From an uncultured archaeon (GTDB taxonomy: Archaea > Micrarchaeota > Micrarchaeia > Micrarchaeales > CABMGC01), in assembly GCA_963752955.1 (NCBI GenBank), contig CAVWAD010000007.1, positions 64,386 through 128,385 on the forward strand: a stretch of DNA of 64,000 nucleotides, in the 5' to 3' direction. The translations under genes were made by a program, and so were the position numbers. This document shows positions 47,429-56,909 of the stretch, piece after piece; position 1 is the first letter of the stretch, and every line of letters begins with the position of its first letter. The notes beneath the pieces are model-generated. The model did not search any database, was not told the origin of the DNA, and saw only the letters and a program-made list of their open reading frames with translations.

Positions 47429-47911
47429 ATGGCACAATCTATCACGTGGCGTCATATCATGAAGATTGAGAGCTTCAAGGTAAGTAGCATTGACGTGAAA
47501 GAGAATATTGGACCGTTATATGCTCTTGATGCCAGGGTCTCAAGAGCCGCTCCGGCCCTTCTGCCTTTCGAAACCGAAAAGAAGCTCTTGGCTTTTCTGA
47601 CGAAGGAGAACGATTCGGAGACCTGGCTATGGGAAGACCAGGACGGGAGCTTTGTGGCCTACATATCGCTCATAGACAAGCCAGAGGAAAGTGTGATGGA
47701 GGTCTTGAGAATCTGCGTCGACCCCGACCTTCAGAGGAGGGGAATCGGCAAATTGATGATGAAATTTGCCGAGAAGGTGGCCCTCGAGCGGAGAAGGAAA
47801 AAGATGGATCTGCTCACGAATCCCGAGAACCGCAAGGCGATGGGTTTCTATAAGGGGCTGGGTTACAGGATTGCCAGCTTGACTTCGCCAAATAGGCCGC
47901 GAAGTATCTGA
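47429..47911 (+). CDS. GNAT-family N-acetyltransferase
   Basis: 160 aa. VLRICVDPDLQRRGIGKLMMKFAE (acetyl-CoA motif Q/RxxGxG/A) and ..AMGFYKGLGYR. The last codons run into the left end of the IS. Confidence 0.75.
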   Translation: MAQSITWRHIMKIESFKVSSIDVKENIGPLYALDARVSRAAPALLPFETEKKLLAFLTKENDSETWLWEDQDGSFVAYISLIDKPEESVMEVLRICVDPDLQRRGIGKLMMKFAEKVALERRRKKMDLLTNPENRKAMGFYKGLGYRIASLTSPNRPRSI

Positions 47912-49432
47912 CAGTTGTCTCCAACCCAATTTGCCAAAACAATTTCTACCAGCGCAGGTTTAGGTTTTTCGTACCGTATTTGCGCAGGAAACCTCCGAAA
48001 ATCTCCGAAATCGGGGGCGAAATGTTGCTCACCACTGCGAATTTGAACCGTCCTGGAGGGTAAACGAAGGTCACTGTCAAATTCGTCAGGTATTTTTTGA
48101 GGAGCTTCACGTTCTTGACGAGGGGATTCTTGCACGGAAGCAGTGTCAAACTGACCATGGCTTCCGCGAGGAAGGCGATGAGGATCGCGCCGATTATCGC
48201 GTATTTAGTCCAGTGCCTGACCGGCCTGAGTTCGATCCCCTCCTTCATATTGCGCACGAGTTTCTCCGCGGCGTCCCTCTGCTTGTATATCCGCAGTATC
48301 TCTTCGGGAGTCGCGTCGACGGTGCTCTCTAGGATGAAGAACCCCTCTATCCCGTTTATGTAGGGGTTCTCGACGCATCCCAGTGCAATCTGGAGTTCGG
48401 GATAAAGTTCGACCCATCCCTTCTCACAGGGGTAAGTCTCCACCGCCTTGCGCTTTCCCGCTTTCTTCGCGAGTTTGTTACCCTTCTCCTTTCGCCTTTC
48501 GAACTTCCTGTTCTTGTTGCGTATCTGCGTCTCGAGAAGCGTCCTTGAGAAGTAGATGTATTGGAATTCGCCACCCTCCTTCACCTTCACAGCAAGGTAG
48601 GTATTGCCTCCGATGTTTATCGTCGATTTCTCCGCGGACTTGAACAGGGCGATGTATCTGCGATAGTTTTTGACGTTCTTCTGCTTCAGCGTCAGGTAGT
48701 TGAACCCGTCGAAGACAATCCGCGCCTTGTTCTCCTTCGTGTTCGCGCCGCAGTCGAATATCAGCAGGGAACCCTTCTGCAGTATCCTCTTGACGACGTT
48801 GTACGTCTCGGTAAAGTGCTTCTTGTCCAACACGTTGCCCTTCTGTATCGTCAGCGCGGTGGGAATACCGTTTATCCCCGTCGCTATCCCGAAGGTCACC
48901 TGTCTCTTGTCAGGGCGGTGGTCCCTGGAATAGCCCAATGCGCCCATCTCTGCCTTCTTCCCCTCGAAGTATATCGACGACCAGTCGATGTTCTGGTCCT
49001 TGTCGGCAAGGTTCCTCGCATTGAGGAAATCCTGGTACTTTTCGATTATTGCTGGCGCAAGCAACCCGACCTTCTCGACGGTTCTGTACAGCGATCTCTC
49101 CGAGACGTACTCCGCGCCGAGAAGCGCACAGGTGTCTTCAGAGGAGGTGGGAATTACCTGGTGTATAGACGTCGCGAAAGTCAGGCGGTTGTTTAGGAGC
49201 AATTTCAACCGCCCGACGTATGCGGGACTCATGATCCCTCCGAAAACCGAGGAGATCAGACCGAAATCATTTTCTACTTTGTCGATGATAGCTATACCGC
49301 CCAAGGGCGTCGTTGTATTTTTCATGTTAATCGATGAAAATACCGCCCTTGGCATAAAAATAGTTTTCGTCAGTTCACGAGAGAAGTGGCGAGGTTAAGT
49401 TGCCAGAAAGGTGAAGAACTATTATGGCAGGG
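47906..49432 (-). mobile_element. IS1634-like (IS4-superfamily) insertion sequence; boundaries approximate
   Basis: Contains one DDE transposase gene and is lower in GC. A 7-bp direct repeat GCGAAGT at 47899-47905 and 49433-49439 could be the target-site duplication. The terminal inverted repeats are only loosely recognisable (CTGACAGTTGTCTCCA vs CTGCCATAATAGTTCTTCA). Confidence 0.5.
47946..49355 (-). CDS. IS1634-family DDE transposase
   Basis: 469 aa. GYSRDHRPDKRQV is the signature I associate with IS1634 transposases. ..LLIFDCGANTKEN.. and ..YKQRDAAEKLVRNMK.. fit the D and E regions. Confidence 0.75.
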   Translation of the reverse strand: MPRAVFSSINMKNTTTPLGGIAIIDKVENDFGLISSVFGGIMSPAYVGRLKLLLNNRLTFATSIHQVIPTSSEDTCALLGAEYVSERSLYRTVEKVGLLAPAIIEKYQDFLNARNLADKDQNIDWSSIYFEGKKAEMGALGYSRDHRPDKRQVTFGIATGINGIPTALTIQKGNVLDKKHFTETYNVVKRILQKGSLLIFDCGANTKENKARIVFDGFNYLTLKQKNVKNYRRYIALFKSAEKSTINIGGNTYLAVKVKEGGEFQYIYFSRTLLETQIRNKNRKFERRKEKGNKLAKKAGKRKAVETYPCEKGWVELYPELQIALGCVENPYINGIEGFFILESTVDATPEEILRIYKQRDAAEKLVRNMKEGIELRPVRHWTKYAIIGAILIAFLAEAMVSLTLLPCKNPLVKNVKLLKKYLTNLTVTFVYPPGRFKFAVVSNISPPISEIFGGFLRKYGTKNLNLRW

Positions 49433-49469
49433 GCGAAGTGAGGTACATCTGCGAGAAGACCTTGCGGGC

Positions 49470-50732
49470 CTAAGCCGTCTTCATTCTGGCCTTGACGAAG
49501 CCGAAGAACTTCTCGCTCGTTTCCAGATCGCCCGCGCTCATCAGGACCGTCTCTTCCGGGCTTACGTCCAGAATGTCCGATAGGTAGTTATTCTCCTCCC
49601 TGCTCACCAGATGGCCGTCCGTATTCGTGTAGACAAGGATCGCTTTTCTGGGTTTCGGGTTTCTAAAATCCGGAGACTTTTTTATTCTACGGTATTCTCC
49701 TTGGTTAAGCTTTATTGCCAATACTCGCCCGCCTCCGCTCAGGGTCTTGCGTATGGCCTCGACCCGCGTATCGTGGAATGCGCCTGTCACATCAAATATC
49801 CACAAGTCCTCGACATGCATCTTGCTTTTGGTCATATAAGTTCCGCCTTCCTTGTCAAACTTTTGTATGACTATCCCTATCGTTACCAGAACGGCGATAA
49901 CCAGATAGTAGGGTTGTATAGTTTCATTCAACAATATCGCCGCGAATACGGCGGTTATGAACGGGGACAGGCAGTAGTAGTTCGTCACAAACGTGGTCTT
50001 TAGGGTCCTGAATCCTCTGAAATAGAGGTAAGTGACTCCTACGCTGGTTGGCACTCCTATATACAGCAGGGTCAACGCCGTGGTCGGATTGAGCGCGGGC
50101 AGCTGCGCGCCGGTGTACAGGAACAACGCCGTGGCGAATACGAGAGACGTCGAATTGAACATGAACATGGTGCATTCCATGTCGGTCGTGTATCTCTTTA
50201 TGAAGACGCCAGCCAAGGAGCCGATCAGCACGATTGCAAACAGCGACAGCACCACTCCGGCGTCGGCGCCCGAGAAAGCAAGGGGATTGCCTCCGGTCAC
50301 GGCGATGTAGATTCCGGCGAAAGCGAGGAGCAACGCGGCCACCTGGGTCTTTGATACCCTCTCCCTGAGCAGGACTGGGAGGAACAGCAGCATGAGGAGC
50401 GGTTGCATCCTGTATACCACCGTCGCGAGGATGGCGCTGATGGACTGCTCCGCCCAGCTAATGCCGTAGAACGCAAGGCCGGCGAACGTGAAGCCTACAA
50501 TCCCTATCTTGAGGTATTCCCGGGGATTCCCCAGATATTCCCTGAGCTGCTGCGTTTTTCCTTTCGCGACTACCAAGACGAACGATGCGACAGTTGCGAG
50601 GATGTAGGAGAGGAAAAGGAACGAGTATGGGTTTACGTTGTTGGCAACCGTGACTTTGAGCGCCAGTGGAAATAAGGCTCCGCCTACCATCGCGAGCGTT
50701 ATGAAAATCAAGGCCTTTGTCTTTATGTTCAT
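49470..50732 (-). CDS. EamA/DMT-family transporter with an extra C-terminal soluble domain
   Basis: 420 aa. About 10 TM helices in two EamA-like halves, followed by an unrecognised cytoplasmic domain of about 125 aa. Confidence 0.65.
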   Translation of the reverse strand: MNIKTKALIFITLAMVGGALFPLALKVTVANNVNPYSFLFLSYILATVASFVLVVAKGKTQQLREYLGNPREYLKIGIVGFTFAGLAFYGISWAEQSISAILATVVYRMQPLLMLLFLPVLLRERVSKTQVAALLLAFAGIYIAVTGGNPLAFSGADAGVVLSLFAIVLIGSLAGVFIKRYTTDMECTMFMFNSTSLVFATALFLYTGAQLPALNPTTALTLLYIGVPTSVGVTYLYFRGFRTLKTTFVTNYYCLSPFITAVFAAILLNETIQPYYLVIAVLVTIGIVIQKFDKEGGTYMTKSKMHVEDLWIFDVTGAFHDTRVEAIRKTLSGGGRVLAIKLNQGEYRRIKKSPDFRNPKPRKAILVYTNTDGHLVSREENNYLSDILDVSPEETVLMSAGDLETSEKFFGFVKARMKTA

Positions 50733-50840
50733 CGGGACTAATCAGCAGGGCAGCAATATAAACTCTTCATTTTTTTGCAATATTGAAGTGATTTTCTGTT
50801 ATTATGAAAGACATATATTCCTGACATCCGATAGAAATCC

Positions 50841-51878
50841 ATGGGCCTCGAATTTGAAGTGGAGAGCAGGTTCAACAAAAGGTACGACCTGGTTACGAGG
50901 AAGGTCGTCAGGTTGCTTTCCGAGAACTCCAGACTGTCGATAACCGAGATAGCTAAGCGGCTGGGCGTTTCCAGGCCCACAATCAAGGGCAAGATCGAGA
51001 GGTTGGAAAAGGAGCTGGGAATGAGGTATACTGTAGAGATAGACGAAAAAGCGATAGGCCTGAATAGCCCGCATCTGATAGAGGTAAGATTCAAGAAAAG
51101 ACCGGACTATGGGAAGATAAGGTCAATCCTGGAAAAGTCTTATATCCCGCAGGCTGCTTTCTCCGTGCAGGGTTCGTATGACCTGGTAATATACGCGAAC
51201 GCCTTCTCGGGGACCGAGTACATGCACTGGAACATGGCCATGGTCGTGCTTCTCTCGGAGTACGGCGCGGCCTGGCACCCGTCCGAGATGCTGCACAAGC
51301 ACCTGGGCTTCTTCCCTTTGAGGGATGAGGCCATAAGCAAGGCAGATATTGACGAAAACTCTAAGAAGCTGCTCATCTGCCTCAACAGTAACGCCAGGCT
51401 CACCTTCCACCAATTATCGAAGATGCTCGGCATGCACTTCAATACCGTCAAATACAACTTCGACAAACTGGTGAAGAGGGGATACATCAAAAGGGCCACC
51501 ATAACGATGGACCTGGTGAAATCGCTGTCATTCATGACCTTTTTCGATAATTATGCGCCTACCCAAGGCTTCGAAGAGAGTTCCGCCAGGGCGAGGAAAG
51601 CCATACTGTTCGACGAGGAGAACCCGCTTATAAGCAGGTACCTCCTATCGGGGCCCCTGGTGGGAAGCCACACTCTGTTCGTCATGTCTGTATTCGACGA
51701 CAAGGCTTCTGCGTACAAATACGGCCTATCTTACCACAAGAAGATGTATGCGAAGCACGGCCCCAAGCGGGTGTCGGGGGAGGTCAGAGACGTGATTCTG
51801 GGCAGGCTGCCCGTTAGGAGCGTGAACATCAGGAAAGAATACAAGACAATAGTCTGGACCACTGATTTCAATCGGTAA
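50841..51878 (+). CDS. tandem (duplicated) Lrp/AsnC-family transcriptional regulator
   Basis: 345 aa with two HTH_AsnC units (LSENSRLSITEIAKRLGVSRPTIKGKIERLEKE and LNSNARLTFHQLSKMLGMHFNTVKYNFDKLVKRGYI), each followed by a RAM-like domain. Confidence 0.7.
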   Translation: MGLEFEVESRFNKRYDLVTRKVVRLLSENSRLSITEIAKRLGVSRPTIKGKIERLEKELGMRYTVEIDEKAIGLNSPHLIEVRFKKRPDYGKIRSILEKSYIPQAAFSVQGSYDLVIYANAFSGTEYMHWNMAMVVLLSEYGAAWHPSEMLHKHLGFFPLRDEAISKADIDENSKKLLICLNSNARLTFHQLSKMLGMHFNTVKYNFDKLVKRGYIKRATITMDLVKSLSFMTFFDNYAPTQGFEESSARARKAILFDEENPLISRYLLSGPLVGSHTLFVMSVFDDKASAYKYGLSYHKKMYAKHGPKRVSGEVRDVILGRLPVRSVNIRKEYKTIVWTTDFNR

Positions 51879-52297
51879 TGGAATCCGTCGAAAGAATTTT
51901 ACAATATAACAGAGTTTTACTTCAAATATGTAAAATTACAAAATCTATATAAATCACCTAATGCACAATATTCTACAGGGGATGGCTGGGGTAATCGAAT
52001 GGGCAAAAGCGTATTTTATATGCATCATGCCTGTTCTCATTTTGTATCTCCTCACCCGAATGCAAAGGTTACCTCTCCCTCTCTAGGTGCGGCGCAAGCC
52101 GCGCCTCATTCTTAAACGTGGGGATAAAATGTCTATATGGGATCTTATATCTGGAAAAAGCGATAGCGGGGCAGCGCAGGAATTGGATGACGAAAGGCCT
52201 ATAAAGTTCGTCCAGGACGGCAGAAACTCCTGGAGGATATTCTACGCAGACTGAACGCTTCGGATAAAGATACATTCATACTCAGTGGGGTTGGGTT

Positions 52298-52618
52298 ATG
52301 GACAACAAATCTACAATAAAGGGTAGCCTCGGCTCGGTTTCCAAGAAGCTGGCGAAGCAGAGCTTCATTCTGTTGAAGCCCGCGCGCACCTGCGATTCGG
52401 AGACGGTGGCTAAGCGGATAGCCGCATGTAGCGGCGTAAGCGCCGTTTGCCTAACGAGCGGGAATTATGCCTACGTCGTGACGGCCGGCAACGGCAGCGA
52501 GGGCGATATCAGACGCACGTGCAGGAGGGTCAGGAAGGCCGCGGGCAGCGGCGGGGAGGTAAGCGTGGCGCTCAACCACTACGTCTATAGGCTACGGAAA
52601 GCAACGGCGAACGAGTGA
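52298..52618 (+). CDS. small protein, possibly a stand-alone Lrp/AsnC-type ligand-binding (RAM) domain
   Basis: 106 aa. ..SFILLKPARTCDSETVAKRIAACSGVSAVCLTSGNYAYVVTA.. resembles the RAM-domain beta-alpha-beta pattern. Weak assignment. Confidence 0.4.
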   Translation: MDNKSTIKGSLGSVSKKLAKQSFILLKPARTCDSETVAKRIAACSGVSAVCLTSGNYAYVVTAGNGSEGDIRRTCRRVRKAAGSGGEVSVALNHYVYRLRKATANE

Positions 52619-52747
52619 GGTTGACTTGCAAAAATCATGCACATGGACAACCACATAGCACAATATCAGAACCTGGCCAACCTGGCGATAGCGGGGACTG
52701 TGCCGCGATAGCCGACTCCCTGAGCAGTGAAGTGAAGCTGGCTATCC

Positions 52748-52795
52748 CCTCAGAGGGTCATCTGGTCCAGGTGGTCGCAGTCTATCAGCCTGAGG
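52748..52795. repeat. 48-bp direct repeat, copy B (authentic 3' end of gene 52750..55107)
   Basis: CCTCAGAGGGTCATCTGGTCCAGGTGGTCGCAGTCTATCAGCCTGAGG. See copy A at 47332-47379. Confidence 0.85.
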
Positions 52796-55107
52796 TAGTT
52801 GTAGTCTATCCCGAGCTTGAGGGTCTCCGCCTCCTCGCCGAAAGACGAGTACAGCCTGTCTATGAACTCGCGCTTCCTCACCTCGTCGAGGAACACGAGG
52901 AACGACCTCGATCCGGCGGAGAGCAGGACCTTCTTGGGCCTCGAGCCCGCGGAGTATATGAACACGTTGCTCTGCTTCCCCTCCTTGGTCACGATCATGT
53001 CGACGCTCTGCTCCGTGTCTATGTCCGTGAAGAGGACCGCGTGAACGACGCAGTAGTCCCTGAGCTTCCTGAATATCAGCAGGTACTCCACGTCGTGCTT
53101 CGAGGCGTCGACCCACGCCCTCGGCGCGTAGTAGTTGAGCGCGCTCACGAGGTCGCCCTTCGCCGCTAGCTTCGCCAGGACCGCGTCCGTGTTCTGCGTC
53201 GTCACCGAGACGGGCATGTTGTTGACCCTTATGTTGTTGTTTATCCCGAGCCTGACCTCCTCGACGTTAAGCGGCATGTACCTCCAGTGGTAGTAGTAGT
53301 TGATCTTGTCGAACACCCCGAGCACCGAGCCCGACGGGACCGGGGCCTTCTCCTTCTTCAGGGGCGGGAACTCGGGAACGTCTATGTAGTACTCGTCCCT
53401 CGTGGGGGGCTTGAGTATCAGGTTCAGCAGAACCACGACCACTATAGCTATCGCGAACTCGATGTCTATCGCGGGCACGTAGAATATCGTCTGCACGTAC
53501 TGCTCCGGTATCGCGTAGCTGTTGCCGAAGACTCCGAGCCTGAAGACGTGGTTGCCGTAGCCTATTATCGTGCCGCGGGGCAGCTTGTAGACGACCGTGC
53601 CGTTGCTCACGGTGCCGTTGGCCGCGTACGCGCCGTCTATGCTTATCGTGTAGGTCGCGTTGGAGACCGGCAGCCCGTTGCTGTAGACGCTGAACGCGAA
53701 CGTCCCGTTCTTGAAGTCGAACGGCGAGGCGGTGGCTATCGTCGCGTTCGCGAGGTGGAAGAACGACTCCGCGTAGTAGTTGTTGTAGAAGTCCTTCAGC
53801 GCGAGCAGGTAGTAGCCGCTCGGCAGCGAGAACGTCGGCGTCACCACCGGGCGGGAGCCCGACGGGACCGCGCCCGTGCCTATCCTTATCGATTTCACCA
53901 CCCGGCTCATGTTCCTGTCGTAGACGTCTATGTGCAGCTGCACGCTCGTGCTGGTCCTGCTGGTCGCAGACACGGTTATGCTGGTCACCTGGCCCTCCCC
54001 TATCACCGCCGGCGCGTCCACTATGCCGTTCCAGGCGTACCTGTTCCTGAACGAGAGCTCCACCGTGTCGCTGTGGCGGGGGTTTCTCGAGACGAGAGTG
54101 ACCAGCGAATAGCTGGAGTTGAGCACGGGCATCAGCTCCTCGGACGTGTTCGAGGCCGACGTGTTGATCTCGGCGAAGACGCCGAAGCCGCCGCGCGCGG
54201 CGGCGCTGGTGTTGAAGCTCCCCGCGCCGCGGCCGATCTCGGGGATCCAGAACCTGGAGCCTATCACGCTCGCGATGTCCCCGGCCATGTCGGAGACGTT
54301 GCTCCACGCGGACCTCGGATAGTCGGGGAAGGCTATCACGGTGCCGTTCCTCGAGCCGACGTAGGTCACGTTGCCGTACTTGGACCCGTACGCGAACTGG
54401 AAGGCGGGCCCCCTGAAGCTCAGGTTCTCTCCGTTGAACGCCGCCCTGGGGTTGTTGGCGAAGGGGGCGGACGACAGGCCGTAGAGGGCGAGCATTGCGA
54501 GGGTCTGGGGCGACGCGGCGAAGGTGACCCCGTCGGACCTTATCTCGTTTGACAGGTTGCTGCCGGCGTATATCACCGTGTCCCCGGAGTCGAGCATCCC
54601 GAATATGGTCGCGCCCGTGCTGTTCGCGAGGGGCAGCGGCAGTTCGCCCGACGGGATTATCACTATCGAGCCCGCCGGGATCGTGCTGGCGTTGGCCAGG
54701 TCGACGTACCAGAAGCCGCTCGATTTCACCAGGCCGCGGGCGCCGAGGTCCGAGGCGAGCGATGCCCTGAGCGCGCTCTCGCTGAAGCAGGAGAGGCAGT
54801 AGGTGCTCACGTTCAGAAGGTATATCCCCTGCACGGGGTTCTTCGTGTAGGCGCCGAGCGTCACAGTCGCGTTGGTCGCGTTCGTCAGGCCGTAGGAGAG
54901 CAGGGCGTAGACGGCGAGACCGTGCGAATTGTTGTAGAACAGCGCGGTGCTCGTGTTCAGGGAGACGTTCGAGGAGATGGGGCCCAGGGCCGTCTGGTTC
55001 GAGGGCCTTGCCGTGATCGCCATGACCTGCAGCCAGACGTAGACGGAGAGGACTGAGAACAGGACCGCGAAAACCGCGGCCGCAATCAAGATCGTTTTTA
55101 TTCTCAT
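52750..55107 (-). CDS. large type-I-like membrane glycoprotein candidate with cytoplasmic C-terminal domain
   Basis: 785 aa. N-terminal TM/signal (ILIAAAVFAVLFSVLSVYVWL). About 530-aa sequon-rich beta-type ectodomain. TM (FAIAIVVVVLLNLIL). About 230-aa cytoplasmic domain with no recognised motif. Confidence 0.7.
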   Translation of the reverse strand: MRIKTILIAAAVFAVLFSVLSVYVWLQVMAITARPSNQTALGPISSNVSLNTSTALFYNNSHGLAVYALLSYGLTNATNATVTLGAYTKNPVQGIYLLNVSTYCLSCFSESALRASLASDLGARGLVKSSGFWYVDLANASTIPAGSIVIIPSGELPLPLANSTGATIFGMLDSGDTVIYAGSNLSNEIRSDGVTFAASPQTLAMLALYGLSSAPFANNPRAAFNGENLSFRGPAFQFAYGSKYGNVTYVGSRNGTVIAFPDYPRSAWSNVSDMAGDIASVIGSRFWIPEIGRGAGSFNTSAAARGGFGVFAEINTSASNTSEELMPVLNSSYSLVTLVSRNPRHSDTVELSFRNRYAWNGIVDAPAVIGEGQVTSITVSATSRTSTSVQLHIDVYDRNMSRVVKSIRIGTGAVPSGSRPVVTPTFSLPSGYYLLALKDFYNNYYAESFFHLANATIATASPFDFKNGTFAFSVYSNGLPVSNATYTISIDGAYAANGTVSNGTVVYKLPRGTIIGYGNHVFRLGVFGNSYAIPEQYVQTIFYVPAIDIEFAIAIVVVVLLNLILKPPTRDEYYIDVPEFPPLKKEKAPVPSGSVLGVFDKINYYYHWRYMPLNVEEVRLGINNNIRVNNMPVSVTTQNTDAVLAKLAAKGDLVSALNYYAPRAWVDASKHDVEYLLIFRKLRDYCVVHAVLFTDIDTEQSVDMIVTKEGKQSNVFIYSAGSRPKKVLLSAGSRSFLVFLDEVRKREFIDRLYSSFGEEAETLKLGIDYNYLRLIDCDHLDQMTL

Positions 55108-55120
55108 TCTGATCCCGAGC

Positions 55121-55276
55121 TCATCCTTTCCCTGCGCCCGCCCGCCTTGCCATCAGCCTGTCGACGAAAGAGGCGACCGCCCTGGAGAGGGGATTAACGT
55201 TCTCGTTTATCCTCTTGAGCACGCCGAAGACCTTGACGTAGTGGTACTTCTTGTTAACAGTGACATAGTACTTCAT
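55121..55276 (-). CDS. small ORF (51 aa) wedged between two operon genes
   Basis: MKYYVTVNKKYHYVKVFGVLKRINENVNPLSRAVASFVDRLMARRAGAGKG. Below the ORF-track cutoff. Starts 4 nt after the upstream stop and ends 13 nt before the downstream start. Host-like codons (AGG, ATA). Confidence 0.4.
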   Translation of the reverse strand: MKYYVTVNKKYHYVKVFGVLKRINENVNPLSRAVASFVDRLMARRAGAGKG

Positions 55277-55280
55277 CGCG

Positions 55281-56006
55281 TCAACCCTTCAGCTCCAGGT
55301 AGCCCATGGACACCATCTTGTCCAGTATCTGCTCGATCCTCGGCTCGGGCACCTTGTACGTGTTCGAGAACTCGCCGACGTCGATGGAGCTGGAGTGCAC
55401 CTCTATCCAGTCCTGCACCATCGCCATGAGCGCCTCGTCGGAGTAGGTCTGCAGCGACCTCAGCTGCTCGGTGAGCGACTTGTTCTCCTCGCTGAGCTGC
55501 CCCGTCTGTATCGTGAGGTTCCTGTTGGCGATGCCCAGCTCGCCCGAGAGCTTCTTGAGCTCCGTGTACTCGCCGAGCACGGAGTCGTACTTGTTGAAGA
55601 GCGCGCTGTACTCCTGCGACAGGCCTCCGACGAGGTTGTCCAGCGTGGAATCGATGTACTGGAGGAACTTCGCCTCCTCGATGTGGTAGGCGTCGGCCAC
55701 GACCGAGAGTATCGACGCGAGGTTCTTTATGACGACCGCCCTCCTGAGCCTGTCGCTGCTGCCGGGTATTATGGAGTAGGTGAGCGTCAGAGCGTCCGGC
55801 TTGAGCGTGATTATGTAGAACAGGAACGGCTTCTTGCGGATGTTCACGTTCTCGACCCTGACTATGTCGAGCTTCCCCTCGCCCTCCTGCAGCGAGTAGA
55901 ACTGCATCTGCGAAACCTTGCCCTTTATGTCCTCGAACGTCCCGGTGAGCTTCCCGGCGAACTCGACCTGCTCGATCTTGGGCTCTACCTCGACCTCGTC
56001 CTCCAC
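55281..56006 (-). CDS. hypothetical coiled-coil protein with C-terminal wHTH-like segment
   Basis: 241 aa. Acidic N-terminus, central heptad-rich region, C-terminal ..IDVGEFSNTYKVPEPRIEQILDKMVSMGYLELKG. Confidence 0.55.
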   Translation of the reverse strand: MEDEVEVEPKIEQVEFAGKLTGTFEDIKGKVSQMQFYSLQEGEGKLDIVRVENVNIRKKPFLFYIITLKPDALTLTYSIIPGSSDRLRRAVVIKNLASILSVVADAYHIEEAKFLQYIDSTLDNLVGGLSQEYSALFNKYDSVLGEYTELKKLSGELGIANRNLTIQTGQLSEENKSLTEQLRSLQTYSDEALMAMVQDWIEVHSSSIDVGEFSNTYKVPEPRIEQILDKMVSMGYLELKG

Positions 56007-56130
56007 GCTCTCACGACGGCTATAATCATTAAACCTATTTATTGGTTGTGATGGCGCGGCTCGAATAAAAAATGGGAATGCCGGGGCACGGGGGCGCGGG
56101 GATGCGCGGATTCGGCCCTGGGTTTTGAAG

Positions 56131-56481
56131 CTACCCTTTCTTCTCGATGCCTATCTTTGGTATGTAGCTCATCAGGGAGAAGAGGTACATCACCGCGAGC
56201 ACCGCGAAGGAGACCAGCACGGTGACGGCCCTGGGCGAGACCAGCAGGCTGATTATGACGAATGCCACGCCGAGCGCGAGGTAGACCCTCTGCCTCGATT
56301 CGTATCTCGCCCTTCTCTTCTTGTACTCCGGATAGCAGTCCCTGCACACCACGATGCGGTTGCCCTTCTCGTCCTTGGTGACGTTCCTCTTGAACCACCT
56401 TACGGCGCCCAGCACGTGGTCCTCTTCGACCTGTATCCCGTCCCTCTCCTTCCCGCACATTATGCAGTAACTCCTAGCCAT
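56131..56481 (-). CDS. zinc-ribbon protein with two C-terminal TM helices
   Basis: 116 aa. CIMCGK...(30 aa)...CRDCYPEY supplies four Cys, followed by two hydrophobic helices. Confidence 0.55.
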   Translation of the reverse strand: MARSYCIMCGKERDGIQVEEDHVLGAVRWFKRNVTKDEKGNRIVVCRDCYPEYKKRRARYESRQRVYLALGVAFVIISLLVSPRAVTVLVSFAVLAVMYLFSLMSYIPKIGIEKKG

Positions 56482-56490
56482 CGGACCACA

Positions 56491-56745
56491 CTACTCCACG
56501 TATATCTCGACTATCCTGCCGTAGGCGCTCTTTATCCTCTCCTCGTCCAGCATGTTGAAGATGCTCGAGATCGTCACGTCGTCCACGCCTATCCTCCTGA
56601 GGACGTTCGCTATGCTCTCGGACTTGAGGCCCAGCCTCTGGAGCATGCCAGCGAAGGCGACCGCGTTGACGTGCCTGTGCATCTTGTTCAGGTTGGCCAG
56701 AAGCTCGTCTATGCTCCTCTCGCTCAGCGAGAGCACGGTAAGCAT
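56491..56745 (-). CDS. hypothetical small protein
   Basis: 84 aa from ATG 56745. The ORF-track start at 56853 (TTG) adds 36 low-GC3 codons that look like 5' UTR. No motif recognised. Confidence 0.4.
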   Translation of the reverse strand: MLTVLSLSERSIDELLANLNKMHRHVNAVAFAGMLQRLGLKSESIANVLRRIGVDDVTISSIFNMLDEERIKSAYGRIVEIYVE

Positions 56746-56909
56746 GCGCTTCAGCGCTATCCTGTTCACCGTGAAAGTCGCTCCCAACCTAAAACCCTTT
56801 ATCAGTAGTATGTTTGACCGCAAAGTTTGATATTCCTTTACACTTCGTGTCAATCGGGCAATAACGAAAAATTATATAGCCTAGCAGTGCATACTGCTAA
56901 GGCAATTGC

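Noticed and set aside
52069-52275. 68-aa minus-strand ORF and a 41-aa plus-strand ORF (52129-52254) in the AT-rich spacer 51879-52297
   Set aside because: No motifs, atypical composition, and no convincing promoter or start context. The spacer more likely holds the promoters for the flanking genes. A small GNRA-loop hairpin (GCGGC-GCAA-GCCGC, about 52089-52101) was noted but is too short to interpret.
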